From Camelus ferus (taxonomy: Eukaryota): DNA of 64,000 bases. A program made the position numbers and the translations under genes. Where the stretch lies: positions 58,282,001 to 58,346,000 of the forward strand of contig NC_045707.1 in assembly GCF_009834535.1 (NCBI RefSeq), in the 5' to 3' direction. The notes below the pieces were generated by a model. That model searched no databases. It was not told the DNA's origin and worked only from the letters and a program-made list of their open reading frames with translations. Positions 1-14,337 of the stretch are shown here, piece after piece (the first letter of the stretch is position 1; each line of letters opens with the position of its first letter).

Positions 1-387
1 TTGCTGTGTTTGAATTCCAGCCTTTTTTGAGAATCACTGACTAATACTGGTATTTGTATTTTTTTTTTAATAGATTTGATGTCAGACACAGTAGTTACTC
101 AATAAAATTTAACTTTCACAAAACAGTCTTTTTTTGTTTTCTAGCTTGTAGATATATTTTAGAGTTTTTTTAATTTTGCTAATGCAGAGATTTATACTTT
201 CTGTATTTATTATGTTGAGTTACACCTTTTTGCATTCAATTTCAGTTTTACTCTCATACATAATAAAAGAGTAGGGAGTAAATAAAGGCCTTTTCTTCTG
301 ATTGCTTTAGCAGATTAGGTAGGCATGAATGTCAGGAATTTGTAGCCTTAAGATCAGTGAAACTTGTTTGCATCACCATGTAAGTTT

Positions 388-712
388 CCTTATCTAGTAG
401 ACAGTCACTACCACAGCTGGCTGTTGAGCACCTGAAATGTGACTAGTCTGAGTTAAGATGTGCTGTAAGTATAAAACACACACTGAAGTTTGAAGATTTT
501 GTTTGAAAAAATGTTAGTGTTATTAAAACACTATTGAAATATTAAATGCTCATATATAACATGAATATGTATGAATTACATATTGAAATGATACTTTTGA
601 ACTATTGGATTAAATAAAATTAATTTTACTTGTTTCTTTTTACTTCTTAAAATATGGCTACTAGAACATTTCAAATTATATGTAGCTTGCATTTTATTTC
701 CATTGAACAGCT
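388..712. mobile_element. MER33/MER3-like hAT-Charlie non-autonomous DNA transposon
   Basis: Motifs 'ggctgttgagcacctgaaatgtgactagt…agatgtgctgtaagtataaaacacac' and the end 'tatatgtagcttgcattttatttccattgaacagc'. Confidence 0.7.
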
Positions 713-2862
713 TAGATATGGGGGGGAGAAAATCACAATGGAAATATCTAACTTTTAATACTCTGGCATTTGTCAGTGGATGAAAAAACTACGTATGGAA
801 GGGAAGAGGTCAACCAGATAGTGAATCATATAGTGTTATGAAAAGATTAACACAGATCTGTTACTTTAAATTGCTTGGCAATAGTAATTTGCATTATATA
901 TTCAAAAGATCCATCGATAGAGAATCTTACACAAATGTTAGTTATAAAAATGACTTTGGAGAGAAAAACGACTATTTGTTACATGTGCCCTTTTTCTCAA
1001 GGAGGTGAGCCATAGTTTTTAAAAAACAAAGACATTTGTATTAATTTATATAGATAGGGCCTGACAATTTGAGGAAAATGCACATGTATTATCTGATTTG
1101 ATCATATAGCCCTCACTTTTGGTAATTGTAGAAACAGATTTAATGTCATGCCACTGATAGGTTTATTATACAAACTGGTGCTACTCAAACTGCCACCAAA
1201 TGACTCCTGGCTAAAAGAGAACATAGTTCTGTACCCCAGGAGTCCCGAGTTATACTAGTTATGATTGCCCTGTTCTTTGAAGTCTGTTCAACTCCCCTCC
1301 TCCCCAGTCTCTGAATATACTTAGTGGTCTAGGAATAGGCCATTTATGTGCTGTGCCTCTGCATACCAGGATGTGTGTTCCTAGAAGGGGTATATGTACC
1401 CTGAAATGAGAAATACAGAAAGTGGAACTCTGTCAGATCAAGTATTTCTTGAAGGCCTGTTTTATGAGTTCTAGATGTAGCATTGGATAGATGATGCCCC
1501 TGCTTTCTTTTCTCTTTTACCCCACCTCTCTACCTGTTCTTAACTGGAGGTTAATTCTGTTACACAATGTCTCCCCAACCCCCATCACATAAACACAATT
1601 TTTTCCTATAAATGAGAAGACTCAATACTATAAGGTTTACAAATTGCAACTTTTAGAAACAAAATTTTAGTAAGAGCAATCTGAGTAGAGATAAAATAAA
1701 CAAATTCAACAAGTACTTAAATCAAATAAGAATTAATTACAGATCCCAGGACTTAATCTGTTTTAGCCTCAATTTCCTTACTTGTAAAATGAGACTAATA
1801 CTCATCTTGATGTTGATATATGATTAGTAGTAAGAATGGTGATAATAACAGTAGAAGCTGGGTTTTATTGCTAAATACTCTGCTAAGCCCTGTGTAGTTG
1901 ATATTATTATTATTCTGTTTTATAAATGAAGAAATTGGCTTTATCTAGAATTCAGACCCATGCACTATTGTGTTAATTGAATTTATACCTTAATGCCCTT
2001 GACTACCATGTTATAGAGCACACTGGGTATTCATTAAATGGTAGATTAAAAATAAACACAAAACAAAACAACTATAACAAATAAACTGATGCAATGGAAA
2101 GAATAATAGTTAGGCAAGAGGTTAAAAGGCCAAAATATTTGCCCAAGGCCATTCTACTAGGAGATGAGGTAGGAAAACCTAGGATTTGAACCTAGGTCCA
2201 GCTGACTCTAAAGACAAATGCTTTCATCACTTACAGCCTAGTTTACTTATCTGTCAAATGTGGAGAAGAGTTATACGGAGTGGCTGAGTAAATGTGACTG
2301 CATAGTGTAGTGTCTGACTCGTAGGTACTTCATGAACTGTAGTGATGATGATGATAACAATGTCATAGATGTCTAATGGCAGTGTATCCATAACACATTC
2401 TCTTCTCCACATGAATTTAAAACTTGCCATTTAAAACTACCATCCTTTTAATGATATAAAATATTCATTGATTTTTCTTCTTTCACTTCTAATTTTTTGT
2501 TTTTTTCTACCTTTGTCTCTTACATTTCTCTGGCTTATGACCTCTCTATGAAATTAGATTGGTGTCCAGTTACTGTCATTCTCATTGTAAATACTAGTAC
2601 ATATACATTGTGCTTTTGTTTTCTGCGTCTTCGTACTTTTATTTCTCTTTTGGTTCCTCACATTCACTCCTGTTTCTGTATACTACGTTCCACGTTTTTC
2701 ACAGCAGTCTTTATTTGGCAAACAATATTTAAAGACTGTGGTGTGTCCAGCACTGTGCTGGATGCTCGGAACATGGAGGGATTTAAGTCTCTCTCTCACA
2801 GAAACAGGTATTAAATAAGTGATCATGAGTAGGACGAGTGTTACAAAAGGGAAAGTATAGGG

Positions 2863-3012
2863 CAGTGCTTCTTCAAGTGTGATTTGGGGTCTAGCATTAT
2901 CATCACCCAGGACCTTGTGAGAAATGCAAGTTCTTGGGCTTCACCCCAGACCTGCTGTTCTAGCAGGCTCTCCAAATAATGCTGATGCATGCTAGAGCTT
3001 GAGAGCTTTGGT
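2863..3012. mobile_element. MER5A-like hAT-Charlie element
   Basis: 'cagtgcttcttcaagtgtg…gtgagaaatgcaagttcttgggcttcaccccagacctgctg…tgatgcatgctagagcttgagagc'. Confidence 0.7.
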
Positions 3013-5384
3013 GTAGGCTGTGATGAAATCGTGTAGCACTGGACGACGTTCTTGTGAAGTGATGAGGGTGGTGTGTGTATGTGAAGATTATCCACATGAA
3101 GTGTTTGTTAAGCTCTGCTTTGCTTCATTCTCCTCCCCTTCTTTTTCCCTTTTCTCAGTGCCTCCCCTCAGCACTTTCGTTGCTTGCTTCTCTGTCATCT
3201 TGAAGTGTCCTGTGGTACTTAATAACTGCTTTATTCTCTGCCTTCTAACATGGTCAGTTGATCAGGAGAGGACCAGATCCCTGTCAACGCCACATTGAAG
3301 TTTACCTCAGGAGAAGGCATTTTATCTGTGCTGTTTCCTGTTTCCCTCATTTCATTTCCTCTGACTACTCCTGACCAGGGTAAGTTCATCAGAGACTACT
3401 CACTGTGGTTGATTGCGGAGCTCCAAGTACTGGCATTTATAACCCGCAATGTCTGGAGTAGATTTGCTTTTAATGCCTTTAAAAGGCTAGTTATGTTTCC
3501 CAAACTGATAACACAGGCCTAGTGCTAATCATAGTGAGTGATAATATTGTCTTCAGCATTTTCTATTTCTATTATTTCTTGCAGCCTTGTGTTCTGAAAT
3601 AGTTGGTTAAGAAGAGTGAATCTTTTTCTTCCACACCCATCTTTCCCCAGCCCCTAGTCCTACCTTTAATATCTTCTTTTGAACAATTTGCAAAACTGCT
3701 TTTGGGGAGTATGTAATTTTAAATCCAAGTATTTTCTTTTGTTAAATATCAGAAAAGAAGAAAATGGAAACAGGATGGGCCAAAACAAAATCCTTTCTAA
3801 ATAGCACAGAAAATAATTTTTTAGAACTTCTGATGTTCTGTCTTTATCATTGACAAGTTTTTTAATGAATGTCTGGTCTCAAGCTAATATAGCTTATTTT
3901 CCTCTCAAGTTATGTAAGAATGCAATTGATGTTCTGAATGATTGCAGGTAAAAATGTTCATAGTTGTAAAGTGGGATTTACTGTGAACTTTTTTTTTAAC
4001 ATTTTAAAATGTCTTATTTAGGGATTGGTTGGTGTGGACAATATTGCGAACTAGTGGGCTTTCTCCAGACATTCATTATTACTGTACAAATGGAGCTGAA
4101 GCTACTAAGATGGGGTAGAGAGCAGAGAAAGTGTTTTTAATGACAAGAACAAATAAAGCCTGTCTCTGAATCATATGGCAGTGTTTGGCCTTCTACATTG
4201 GCTTATTTTATGCAGGATCTAAAATGCCCCTGCTACAAAATATTAGATATTTTTAGCTTGAACTTAGATTTTAAAATGTATATGAATAATCAAAAGAGTT
4301 AGAATCTGTTTTAAAACTGGTTTTTTTTGTTTCATTTTGGAATATTTAGTAAATTCATTCTGTGTAAACATTTAAAAGCAGCTAAACATAACTGCTCTTT
4401 GGTGTTATTTACTTTGAAGGATGACTAGTTTAGCCTCTTGGAATTTAGTGTTATATAACAGATAAATCTACATTTTATTTGAAGATTATTCACTAAATTT
4501 AATTTACTGAATTAAATTCTTATGTGTACTCATGATGTGCATCTGTATGTAAACATAAATTTTTATTCTAACATTAGGCCAAAAAAATCTTATTATGCTT
4601 GGTTGGCTGATAGGAAGAACATAAATAACTCCATTACTCATTAAAAAAGAAAAACTGGAAGAATTTCAAGTATTTAGTTTCCTATTAAATTTAGATGGGA
4701 AGATAGACCTCCAAGTCGGAATTTCCCTCATGCTTAATGAGTATATGCATTAATAACTCTTAGCTTGATTCTGATTTAGTTTCCTTAAAGACTCAGTTAA
4801 GGACAGTTAATTACTGTTGTTTATGTTGAATATAGAATATTGTTTAAGAGGGTGCCAGTGCCAGATGGCAGATAATTTGTTGGCATCTAGGATTCATGAT
4901 TTTTCTAAACTGTCAAACCTCAAATACATTTTTCTTATATTTCTTAGTCTTTCTGGTTAAAATAACACAAATGATTGGATCAAGAATGACTGTCTTTGAA
5001 TGCACGGAATTCCCACTGTCCCTACCTAAAAAAAAGACTGTCTTAATGCTCTTTCTCCTACACCATGTTGCCTACCTCACAATCCTCTTCTCTTTTGTAT
5101 ATTGAACATTTTTTAGGCCTTATCTTACATTTGACATTGTAGATTGCTCTTTCCTTGAAAGACTAAGGGAAAACTCTTTCCTTTGCTTCAGTGGTGCCAC
5201 ACTCAACAAGTTTCTCCTCTAATTGTTTGAGCACTCCTTCACAATCTCTTTGCTTTATTGCTTCTTTTAATGTTTGTATTCTTTATTGTCCTTTCTTAGA
5301 CCTTCTGAATCTGTATATAATTGCTCAGCAATCTCAGCCCCCCCCATAGCTTCAGTTTCCATGTGTATGCTAACAGTTAAAAAA

Positions 5385-5670
5385 ATTTTTATTGAGATAT
5401 AATTGGCATATAGTAAGCCACATAAATTTGAAGTATACAATTTGACAAGTTTTGACATATGTATGAACCTGTGAAACCATTGCTCCAACCAAGATATTGG
5501 ACGTATCTGTCACTCCCAAGAGTTTACCCATGATCCTTTTTAATTTCTTCCCCATCCAAGGCAACCACTGATCTGCTTTCTATCTGCCAGTTGATTACTT
5601 GACATTTTCTAGAATTTTATATAAATGTAGTCATAGAGTGTGCACCCTTTTTAAAATCTGTCCTTGTTCA
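5385..5670 (-). mobile_element. Old L1 (L1MB/L1ME-type) 3' end fragment
   Basis: 'ttttattgagatataatt…tttgacatatgtatgaacctgtgaaaccatt…ggcaaccactgatctgctttct…ttctagaattttatataaatg'. Confidence 0.65.
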
Positions 5671-6149
5671 GCACAGTCATGTTGCTTGTATCAGTTTTGT
5701 TTAGATTGGTTCTCTCTAATTCTTTCAGTTGAGTTGGCCTTGGGGGGCTTCCTCGTATGCACGTGCTGGTCAGTGCTTAGCTTGACTCTAGAGAGGCAAC
5801 CCTTTCAGATGTCTGGAGATTTCTGTGCAGCTCTCTCCCTTCCAGAATTCTACCCTGCGAACTCTAGCTACCTTGGCCTTCCTTGACTTCCGCATCCATT
5901 TCTCTGATTCAGAGATTGCTGGTCTCTGCCCACATTCTTTCTCACTGTGCTGCAGTCTGGAAACTCCCTAGGCAGTAATTCCAGAGCTCACCTTGTCAGT
6001 TTTCTGTCTCTCAGGATTCATTAGTATGTGCTGCCTTATGTTTATTGTCTGAAAACTATTATTTCATGGATTTGCTCTATTCATTGTTTCAGGCAGGCAA
6101 GTAAATCTGGTTCCTGTTTCTCCAGCTTGGTCAGAAGTGGATGTCATTG

Positions 6150-7050
6150 CTGTTAATTTACTAATCTATATTTCCAGTCCTTATTTTTGTCTTTAGCTTG
6201 AGACTTGTGTGCCAGACTGCCACCTGAACATTTCTGCTGTTTTTCTTAAAAAATGTATAATCTTTTTCCTGCTAAACCTTATTTTTCTTGTGTTCGCTAA
6301 CTTGTGAATAGTCCAGCCATCTACCTAGTTTTTCCAAGTTATTGATGTGAGTGTTCTGAATTAACATGAGCATCTTCTATAGTTCCCTGCCCCACCTCCA
6401 TGCCACACCCATTCCTTTACCACATGTTGTCAACTTTATTCCTGCATGTGGCTCAGGTTCGTCATCTTCTCTTCCACGCTCATTACTACTGCACTCTTTC
6501 AGGTCACTGTTGTCTCTCATTTGGATCACTGTAGTCACTCCTAATTACTTCGGCTGCTTCCAGTCTATTCTCCACCTTGTAGTCAGAGCTAGATTTCAAA
6601 GCACAAATCTGTTCGTACAGTTTTCCTGTTGGAAAAGGAGTTAGGAAAAATCCAAACTCTTTAAGGTAGTTTACAAGATTCTTCATGTTTTGACCTCTGT
6701 TCACTGTGCCCCTTAAGTCTCATCTCTCACATCTTTTATCCTTCACATTCTGGACTTTCAGAAATAGTGAATACTGGGTTCCTCAAATGACATGCTCTCC
6801 CTCACCTTTAGGCCTTCACGTGTACCTCCGTCTGCCCCTGAACGAATTCCATCCCAAATATGCTCATCTCCTTTATGTGTTACCTGGGAAGTCTTCTTCC
6901 ACCGCAGATCCGGGTTAGGTGGCTCCATCAGCGCTCTGTTTGCTTGTCTCTCCCACGTTAGACGACATGAAGGTCTGAGTGTCATGTGTCTTGTTAATCT
7001 TTGTATTGGCTTTGTCTAAAACGATGTCTGACACGTACGTGAATATTCGG
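6150..7050 (+). mobile_element. Degenerate LINE-2 3' region
   Basis: Pyrimidine-rich L2-like text ('ctctcatttggatcactgtagtcactcctaatt…ccagtctattctccacc…tacctgggaagtcttcttcc'). Confidence 0.5.
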
Positions 7051-7149
7051 AATTGGAGATCATATTCACACTTGACTGTGAGAAAAAGGAGTTGAGAGCA
7101 AAAACTCAAAATCTTAGTTTTTGACAACTTGTCCTGAGTTCTTAGACCA

Positions 7150-7750
7150 CATGGACAGAGGCTGAGCTGCTGCTTCTTAGAATCAGTCATCTTAGAAATG
7201 CAGACCTCAAGCCTGAGTTCAAACTTTCTGAATTAGAACCTGCATTTTCATAGATCCACAGTGGATGTATGAGTACATTAAAGTGTGAGAAGCCAAGCTC
7301 AAGTTTATTGATTATCTTTTTTAGCTGTATGTTAAAGTCACCTGGGGAACTGATGCTCAGTATTTAATCCTGTGGTGTAGGTCCTGGGCATCCAGATTTT
7401 TGCAACACTCCCTAGGGGACCCTAAGGAGAGCCAGGAATAAGAACCTGTACTTTTGTTCATGTCTTCTCTCATTTTAGTCTGACACTGGAGAAAGCCAAT
7501 ATCAGAACTATATTCAGATTTTGAGCTACTTTCACACTTCCATTCTAAAGCTTTAAAATGTTTAGAGAGAAGTGATGTGTAATGAGGCATGGGGCTAGAG
7601 TTGAGGATGTCAGGCTGGCAGGTGTGACACTTTAGACCGGGACCCTCAGACTTAAATGTGCATACGAATCACCCAAGGCTTTTTTGTAAAATGCAGATTT
7701 TGTTGGAAAAGTCTAGGGTGAGGCCTGAGATTCTGCATTTTAGCAAGCTT
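7150..7750. mobile_element. Cluster of MER5-family fragments
   Basis: Repeated MER5 motifs: 'agaaatgcaga', 'gaacctgcattttca', 'gaatcacc…aaaatgcagatt…ggtgaggcctgagattctgcattttag'. Confidence 0.55.
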
Positions 7751-9699
7751 GAATGCATTAGAAAACTAATAGAGATGTTAAGAGACTTTAATAAAACAAA
7801 CTTGTGCTTCCTCCTGTTTCCTTAGTTTTCCCCTCAGAGTTCAGCAGCAATACTCCACAAGCGAGAAGTATTCCTTGATTGTTACTGAACAGAAGAAGGG
7901 GCATTTAAGTGCTGCAGTCCTCAGTATCTAGGTGGTAACTCTTTTGCCCAAGGAGTGGTAAAGCACCCCCAGAATTAGGCTTTTTGAGCAGCTTTCCATG
8001 TTAAGAGGGGAAACGTACTCTCCCAGAGTCTTCCTTAGTTGGTTGATTTCTGGGAAGGAGGAACACACTACTTTTGCACAGAGGGACAAGAGGGCTATCT
8101 TTTGAGACATTGTTTTAGAATTTATGCAAAGCTTTTGTTCTGTGGGACTCTATCCCCTCTTTTTAGTGTATTGATCATAGGTACTACCTTATTGCTATCA
8201 CCATTGTTAACTATTTTTGGTCATATTAGAACAATTGGGTTGGTTAGTCCCTGTCTTCTCCTTCTGTACACACCTTCTTTGCTGGTGCTTTAGTGGAAGA
8301 GTATTTGTAATTAATATAAAATTTAAATACTGTCATATTTAACCAAACATATTGTTTATGCAGTTGAAGGGTGCTGCTATTATGGGTAGATTTTGAGTTA
8401 TTTCCCTGAGTCATAGGACTGGAGTAGTCTTCCATTGCCACAAGATCCTTTTGGTTTTCTCCATTTCTGTTTTCATTCAATTTATTTTTGTAAATCTTTT
8501 CTTCTTATTTTTGTCAAGTTTACTGCAGCTATTTAACATGTTTGACTGCTTAAATTAAGCTGATTTGACAAATTGACTGTTATTGGAAGAATACATTATC
8601 ATTCAGATAGTACCTCTAGTACTATTTGCGTTTCTGTGAGTTACCACACTACATATAAGGATCTTTCAGAGCAATTTGAGTTTTTAGGCCTAAACTAACA
8701 ATGCAGAATTAAATTAAGCGCTTGTTGTCTATAATTAAAATAATTTGTGAAACTAGCTTTTTAAAAAATAAACTAGAATTTGAAATGAAAAAGATAGAGT
8801 GAATTTATTTTTAATAAGCACTGATACATTCACGTGAAAAGTCTTTAAGGAAATTGAGATTCTGTCAATTAAAAAATTATCCCACTTTCTGGTGGAGAAC
8901 TCTTGTTCTTCAAAAGCAGATCAGTTAAGAGTTTTTAAATGATGCAACTGAAACAAGATTTCCTACATTTGGAATATTTAATTTAGTCCTTTTTTACTCA
9001 AGGTAGAAATGTGATTTCAAATACTATATTGTTGTAGGCAGATAAGGCTAACCCAAAAATGTGTAGAAAACTACCAAAGGATAATTTTAATTGAAATTCT
9101 ATGTTACTTTGTTTCTTTGCTAATGATTAAGAACATAAATATGAAAACTCATGATAGAACATTTTAAGTTCTTCAGAAAACAAACTCTTTGTCAAATCCT
9201 AAATCCAATTCTTTGCTTTTAAGCCAGGTTTCAGTCCCTCACAAACCAATTTAAATCCTCCCAGGAATGCACAGTGTCCCTGCCAAAGGTTTTCACATGG
9301 TGATTGATGAAAAGATTTGCTGCATTCTTTGTAAATACATTTCAGGAACAGGTTAATATAAAGGTTGGAAAATGAAGTAAGCACATGATGGTTCATATTT
9401 TTATCTTATTTTATGATTGAACTCTTTCCAAAGAACTTTTGAAAAGACATTCCCTGCATAATCACAAATCTGAAGATTTTTCATACAAAAGATTTAAAGT
9501 GACTTGTATTGAAAGCCTTTCTTTAATCAGCTCAAATAATTTATATTCATCAGGTTGTGATCTGTATTACAAGGTATATTTAGCCAATGAGTATCTCTGT
9601 ATTACTTAGTAAGTTAAATATTTAAATACCACTAATACTCTTGAAAGTTTTTCAGAGTCTTTGTGGTTGTGAGCTCAATTGTTTTTATCATTCTTTTTC

Positions 9700-10125
9700 T
9701 TTTTTTTATTGTGATAAAATATACATAACATAAAATTTAACATTTTAACTATCTTAAAGTTTACAGTTCAGTGCATCAAGTATCTTTACATTGTTGTGCA
9801 CCCACTTTTTCATTTTCCTAAACTGAAACTCCATTAAAAAATAACTCCCTACAATTTCCCCTCCCTCTCTGCCCTCACTCCTAGCAGCCACCGTTCTGCT
9901 CTCTGTCTTTATGAATTTAAGTACTTTAGGTACCTCGGAGAAGTAGAATCGTACTACATTTGTCCCTTGTTACTAGCTTATTTCATTTAGCTTAATGTCT
10001 TCACAGGTTCATGTATGTTGTAGCATATGTCAGAATTTCCCTATTAAGGCCGAATAATATTCCAGTGTGTGTGTGTATGTATATATATATGTACATACAC
10101 CACTTACTATTTATCCATTCATGGG
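9700..10125 (-). mobile_element. L1MB-type LINE-1 3' end
   Basis: T-tract, then 'attgtgataaaatatacataacataaaatttaacatttt…gaatttaagtactttaggtacctc…cttatttcatttagc…gaataatattcc'. Confidence 0.75.
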
Positions 10126-10771
10126 TCGCTTCCTTTTCTTTCCTTTTATAACAAAAATTTTAGACACTGATCAGATCAGTCCTTTCTAGTGTTTTACAAG
10201 TGGTTCAGAAACCCACTGTGGAAGGGGGTCAAGGGATTTAAGTCTTGGGACTGACTATTCCTTTCCTTCTTGATTTTCCTCATTGTCACTGGAGTCTTTG
10301 TTTTGGTAGTCCAGCCTGGTTAGGAGAATAGCCTGATCCTTGGGCCGGATCTAAGTTGAAATACCACATGAGGCAGCTATATGAGCCGAGTCATGGAAGC
10401 TGAGAGCTGGGATCCAGGATTCCGGCTTGTAAGGGAAAGCAAATGCAGATTACATACGTGCCATAATTTCATTAACCAGCTTTCTCTCTTTTGGTTGTAA
10501 TTTGCTTTTCTTTGAGATTATGTATGTTTATACTACATCTACTTACTGGGTTTTGCATTTTCTGAATTGCCTGTTGATGTTTATGGTGCATTTTCTACAC
10601 AGAGTAAAAATGTATGTGTGCAGAAAGCAAAATACTCTAAATTTCAGAAATGTAATATTTTGTTTTAGTTTAATATTTGTATTTGTTTCATGTGATTATG
10701 CTTTCTTTATTTCTGAGGCACCTACTTCTCTCTTCAAGATCATTTACTCCAGCATCCAGGTAGATTTATTT

Positions 10772-10890
10772 ATTTAATTTTTTTGGGGGGTAATTAGGTT
10801 TATTTACTTATTTATTTTAATTTAACGGTTCGAACCCATGACCTTGTGCATGCTGAGCATGCGCTTAACCACTGAACTGAACCCTCCCCC
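10772..10890 (-). mobile_element. Camelid vic-1-type tRNA-derived SINE
   Basis: The reverse strand reads gggggagggttcagttcagtggttaagcgcatgctcagcatgcacaaggtcatgggttcgaa (A/B-box-like head). Flanked by an imperfect TSD, caggtagatttattt (10757-10771) / caagtagatttgttt (10891-10905). Confidence 0.85.
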
Positions 10891-11792
10891 CAAGTAGATT
10901 TGTTTGTTGTAGATTTATTACTATAAAATGTATTTGTATAAAATTAAATCTTCCCATACCATACTGGCCTTATTCACACGTCTGTGCTGTAAGAGAATGA
11001 AGGATTGCTATGACATTGAAGTTTGGCTTGGGTCTCACAAGCTGTTCTTCCCTGAGAGCACTTATATTGTAATGTAACTTGCGAATTGAATGTTTGCATA
11101 ATCAAAATGGAAAGCATGGAGTATAAAACTCAGCTTTGCGTAGTGCCCAAACTGGAGAACTAACATCTAAGCCTGTTGACTAGTTTAACAAAGTCTTAAC
11201 TCTGGATATGGACTCGATTGGAAACACAGTAAAAGAAATGGATGTTGATAATGTTTAAAGTATTAGTTCAACCTTTTGAGTTTTATGTGAAGGGATAGTT
11301 GAGATGATACCATCTCCCAGTGGGCTATGTAACAAGGAGATCTTTAAAGTTAAATTGTGATTGGCTTCCAGTTAGGGAAGAATGTTCATCTAGAGCCAGT
11401 GGTATTTACCCACTGCGCCTGTGAAAACATTCCTTTTTACCCTCAGATGCTCACTCAGCCTTCTGTTTTCCAAGTGACATTATTATAGCCTTTAGTAGTC
11501 AGAAAAATTAGAAGCACATTTTAAAAGCATGAATAGCAGTCTCCCTTCAGTTTCACAGAAATGCTGCTTTTTACGATAGTGCAAATATGGGAGGATTTCT
11601 GAAAACGTAGAGAATTTGTTTAACTGCTGAACATTCTTTGACATTTTAAGGACACAAATTGTAGAACTATAAGGCATATGGCAAAGTTACTTTTGTTGTT
11701 TTGTTGGGCTGCTCAATAACTTCTGACCATGTTTAATTGAAAAGTAGAGATGTGACCATTTAAGAAGTTTTGGACGTTCTTCTTAATTAAAC

Positions 11793-12105
11793 ATTTTTTT
11801 AATTGAAGTATAGTTGACTTACAATGTTGTGTTATTTTCTGGTGTACAGCATAGTGATTCAATTGTACATATATACACATAATTCTTTTTCATTTTCTTT
11901 TTTATTATAGGTTATTACAGGATATTGAATATAGTTCCCTGTGCTATACCATAGGACCATGTTTATTTTATATATAATAGCTTGTATCTGCTAGTCCCAA
12001 ACTCCTAATTTATCCCTCCCCCCACCATCCCTTTCCCCTTTGGTAACCATAAATTTGTTTTCTATGTCTGTGAGTCTGTTTCTGTTTTGTAAATAAGTTC
12101 ATTTC
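11793..12105 (-). mobile_element. LINE-1 3' end, same family as the 21.5 kb and 54.8 kb copies
   Basis: 'ttttttttaattgaagtatagttgacttacaatgttgtg…gatattgaatatagttccctgtgctata…ggtaaccataaatttgttttctatgtctgtgagtctg' is the reverse complement of text at about 21750-22030. Confidence 0.85.
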
Positions 12106-14199
12106 TCTCCTTTTGTGGGGACATTCTTTTTGCTATGACTCTTCACTGGCTGAACCAGCAATGTAATTAAGTCCTCAGCTAGGATAAGATGAACATGGTG
12201 AATCTACTCTGTTGAACTGAAGGGTTTTCTGGGGATAGTACCTCTATAGAGTGCTAAATGGAGTAAATCTAATTTATTGGCCGTTTGTTTACCTGCTAGT
12301 CTTTACTTTATGGATTTTTATAATGACTTCCAAATATTAGGAGTGTAGAAAACTATAGGGTTGGGAATTTAATTGTGATACTTAGTTGATTATCAAAGAT
12401 TTTTTTCCCCTTATGTCACAGTTTTTCCCCTTCAGCTACCTGGCTTCTCACCGACTGCGACCACAATTAAATTACTTAACTTCTGAGTCTTAGAATTTTC
12501 ATCTGTAAAAGGGAGTTGTGTAAGGACTTCCTGTTTTCATTGCCTAACTCAGTGCCTTGTATGCAGTAGAAGCTCAATAAATGGTAGTTTCTGTTAATGT
12601 AATTTCTAATTCTCTTCTCTACCTTATGTCAATGCTTTCTTGTTCATCTAGTCTATTACTCTGTTTTTAGAACTTTAAATAACTATAGCTCAAAGAATAC
12701 TTTTTACCTAATGTTATATCCTGTTTTGGGAAAATGTCTCTGAAAAAACATCCCTTTGACCAGCCTACAGTATGTCAGTATACTTCCAAAAAAACACTTG
12801 CTTTCTAAAATATGTCTATTAAAAATGTTCTAGAATCAGAATTGAAGGAATCCTTGGAGTCTGAAGGAATTTTAGTTTATCTGGCCTTAACTTGACCACC
12901 CAATTTAGTCATTGTCTCTGCAGTAGTGTACCTCATAGTTTAGACATGTACATACTACTGCCATTTCTGCAATGTGCCTATGTTAATATACCTAATAGTT
13001 TTTAAACTTAGCCTTAGCTAAGCAATAATTGTGAAATTACAGGTTCAGTAAATTAGCTATATTATTTCTAATGTATATTATAATAACTACATAACCATTT
13101 TGTGTACTACTTTAAATTGTATTGAGTTACCTCTTTATTCATTGCCCAAAGAATCCTGATAAGATGTTCTAGGCTCTGAATATAATTCCCTTTCTCATTT
13201 TTTACTCTTTCTTATATATACTTGAAATAAATTGTTTTTATAGTGAAATATGGCTTCATGATAAAGAAGAACCATCATAAATACTTACTGTATATAGTTA
13301 TCTGATAAGTCTGAAAATACAGAGAATATTTGCCTATTTTACTGTTTTCATTCTGATGTTTTGAGTTCACTTGGGGAGAGGGGACTGGAAATACCACTAT
13401 TTTATAGTAGACGTTCACTCCTTGTTTCAGTATGATTCCTTCCTCACCTTCACCCTTGACTACTACTGATGTCTCAGGGTCTGGCACTTCTTTGGTTCAG
13501 TATTTGTAGATTTTAAACCTTGTCCACAGGATAAGATAGTTGCCTGACTGAGGAGGGTAGGGAGTAGAGTGTCCTAACTTCCTTTTATGTAGATATTTCA
13601 CCATTCCTCCTGTTTTTGCCCACCCCTCTCCCTTGCCTTTAGGGGCTTCTGAACTTTCAGTTTCTAAGTCTCTTCCCCAATTCCTGCATTTTTTTTTCCT
13701 TTTTTTTTTTGGTTGACATGTAGATTTCAGCTTTCTCTGTCCTGTGAAATCAGCAATTGTCCATCTGCTTTGTGTATTCCAAAATTTAGCTGTCATCTCA
13801 TTCTTTTATCTCAATTTTTGTCAATATGTGCTAAGATATTTTTCACATGTCTTTGTTGTCACTTTAGTAGAAGGGAACCGATATTACGTATAATATTTCC
13901 CAACTAGAATCCAAGTTCCATGAAGAGGAGATTATTTGTCTTGTTTATTGCTCTATCCCCATTTGCTAACACAGTGCTTTGCATATCACTGTTTGGAGGA
14001 ATGATGTATCCATTTGCTTGTGTGATAAGTAGCATTTTATGAAAAGCATAACTTTATCTGAGCATCCCTAAGTGTGGTTATATAAATAAATGATCCTTTT
14101 TATGGTTTAGGAAACGGGAACCTAGGAGGTAGAGGGACTTGCTTAAGGTTACATGGTAGCAGAACCTGACTGCTACCCATGTCTTTTTCCACATTTAGT

Positions 14200-14337
14200 C
14201 TTTTCTTTTTTTTCTCTTTCTTTTTTGAGGGGGAGGTAATTCCGTTTATTCATTTATTTAGAGGGGGCATTGGGAATTGAACCCAGGACCTTGTGCATGC
14301 TAAGCATATACTCTACCACTTGAGCTATACCCTCCCC
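14200..14337 (-). mobile_element. Camelid vic-1-type SINE
   Basis: 'gggggaggtaatt…gggaattgaacccaggaccttgtgcatgctaagcatatactctaccacttgagctataccctcccc', preceded by a T-rich tail. Confidence 0.9.

Noticed and set aside
14270..14337. tRNA genes at the three tRNA-like sequences (also about 10825-10890 and 57980-58047)
   Set aside because: Each has the same AT-rich SINE body and tail, shows degraded stems, and at least one has a TSD. They are SINE heads.
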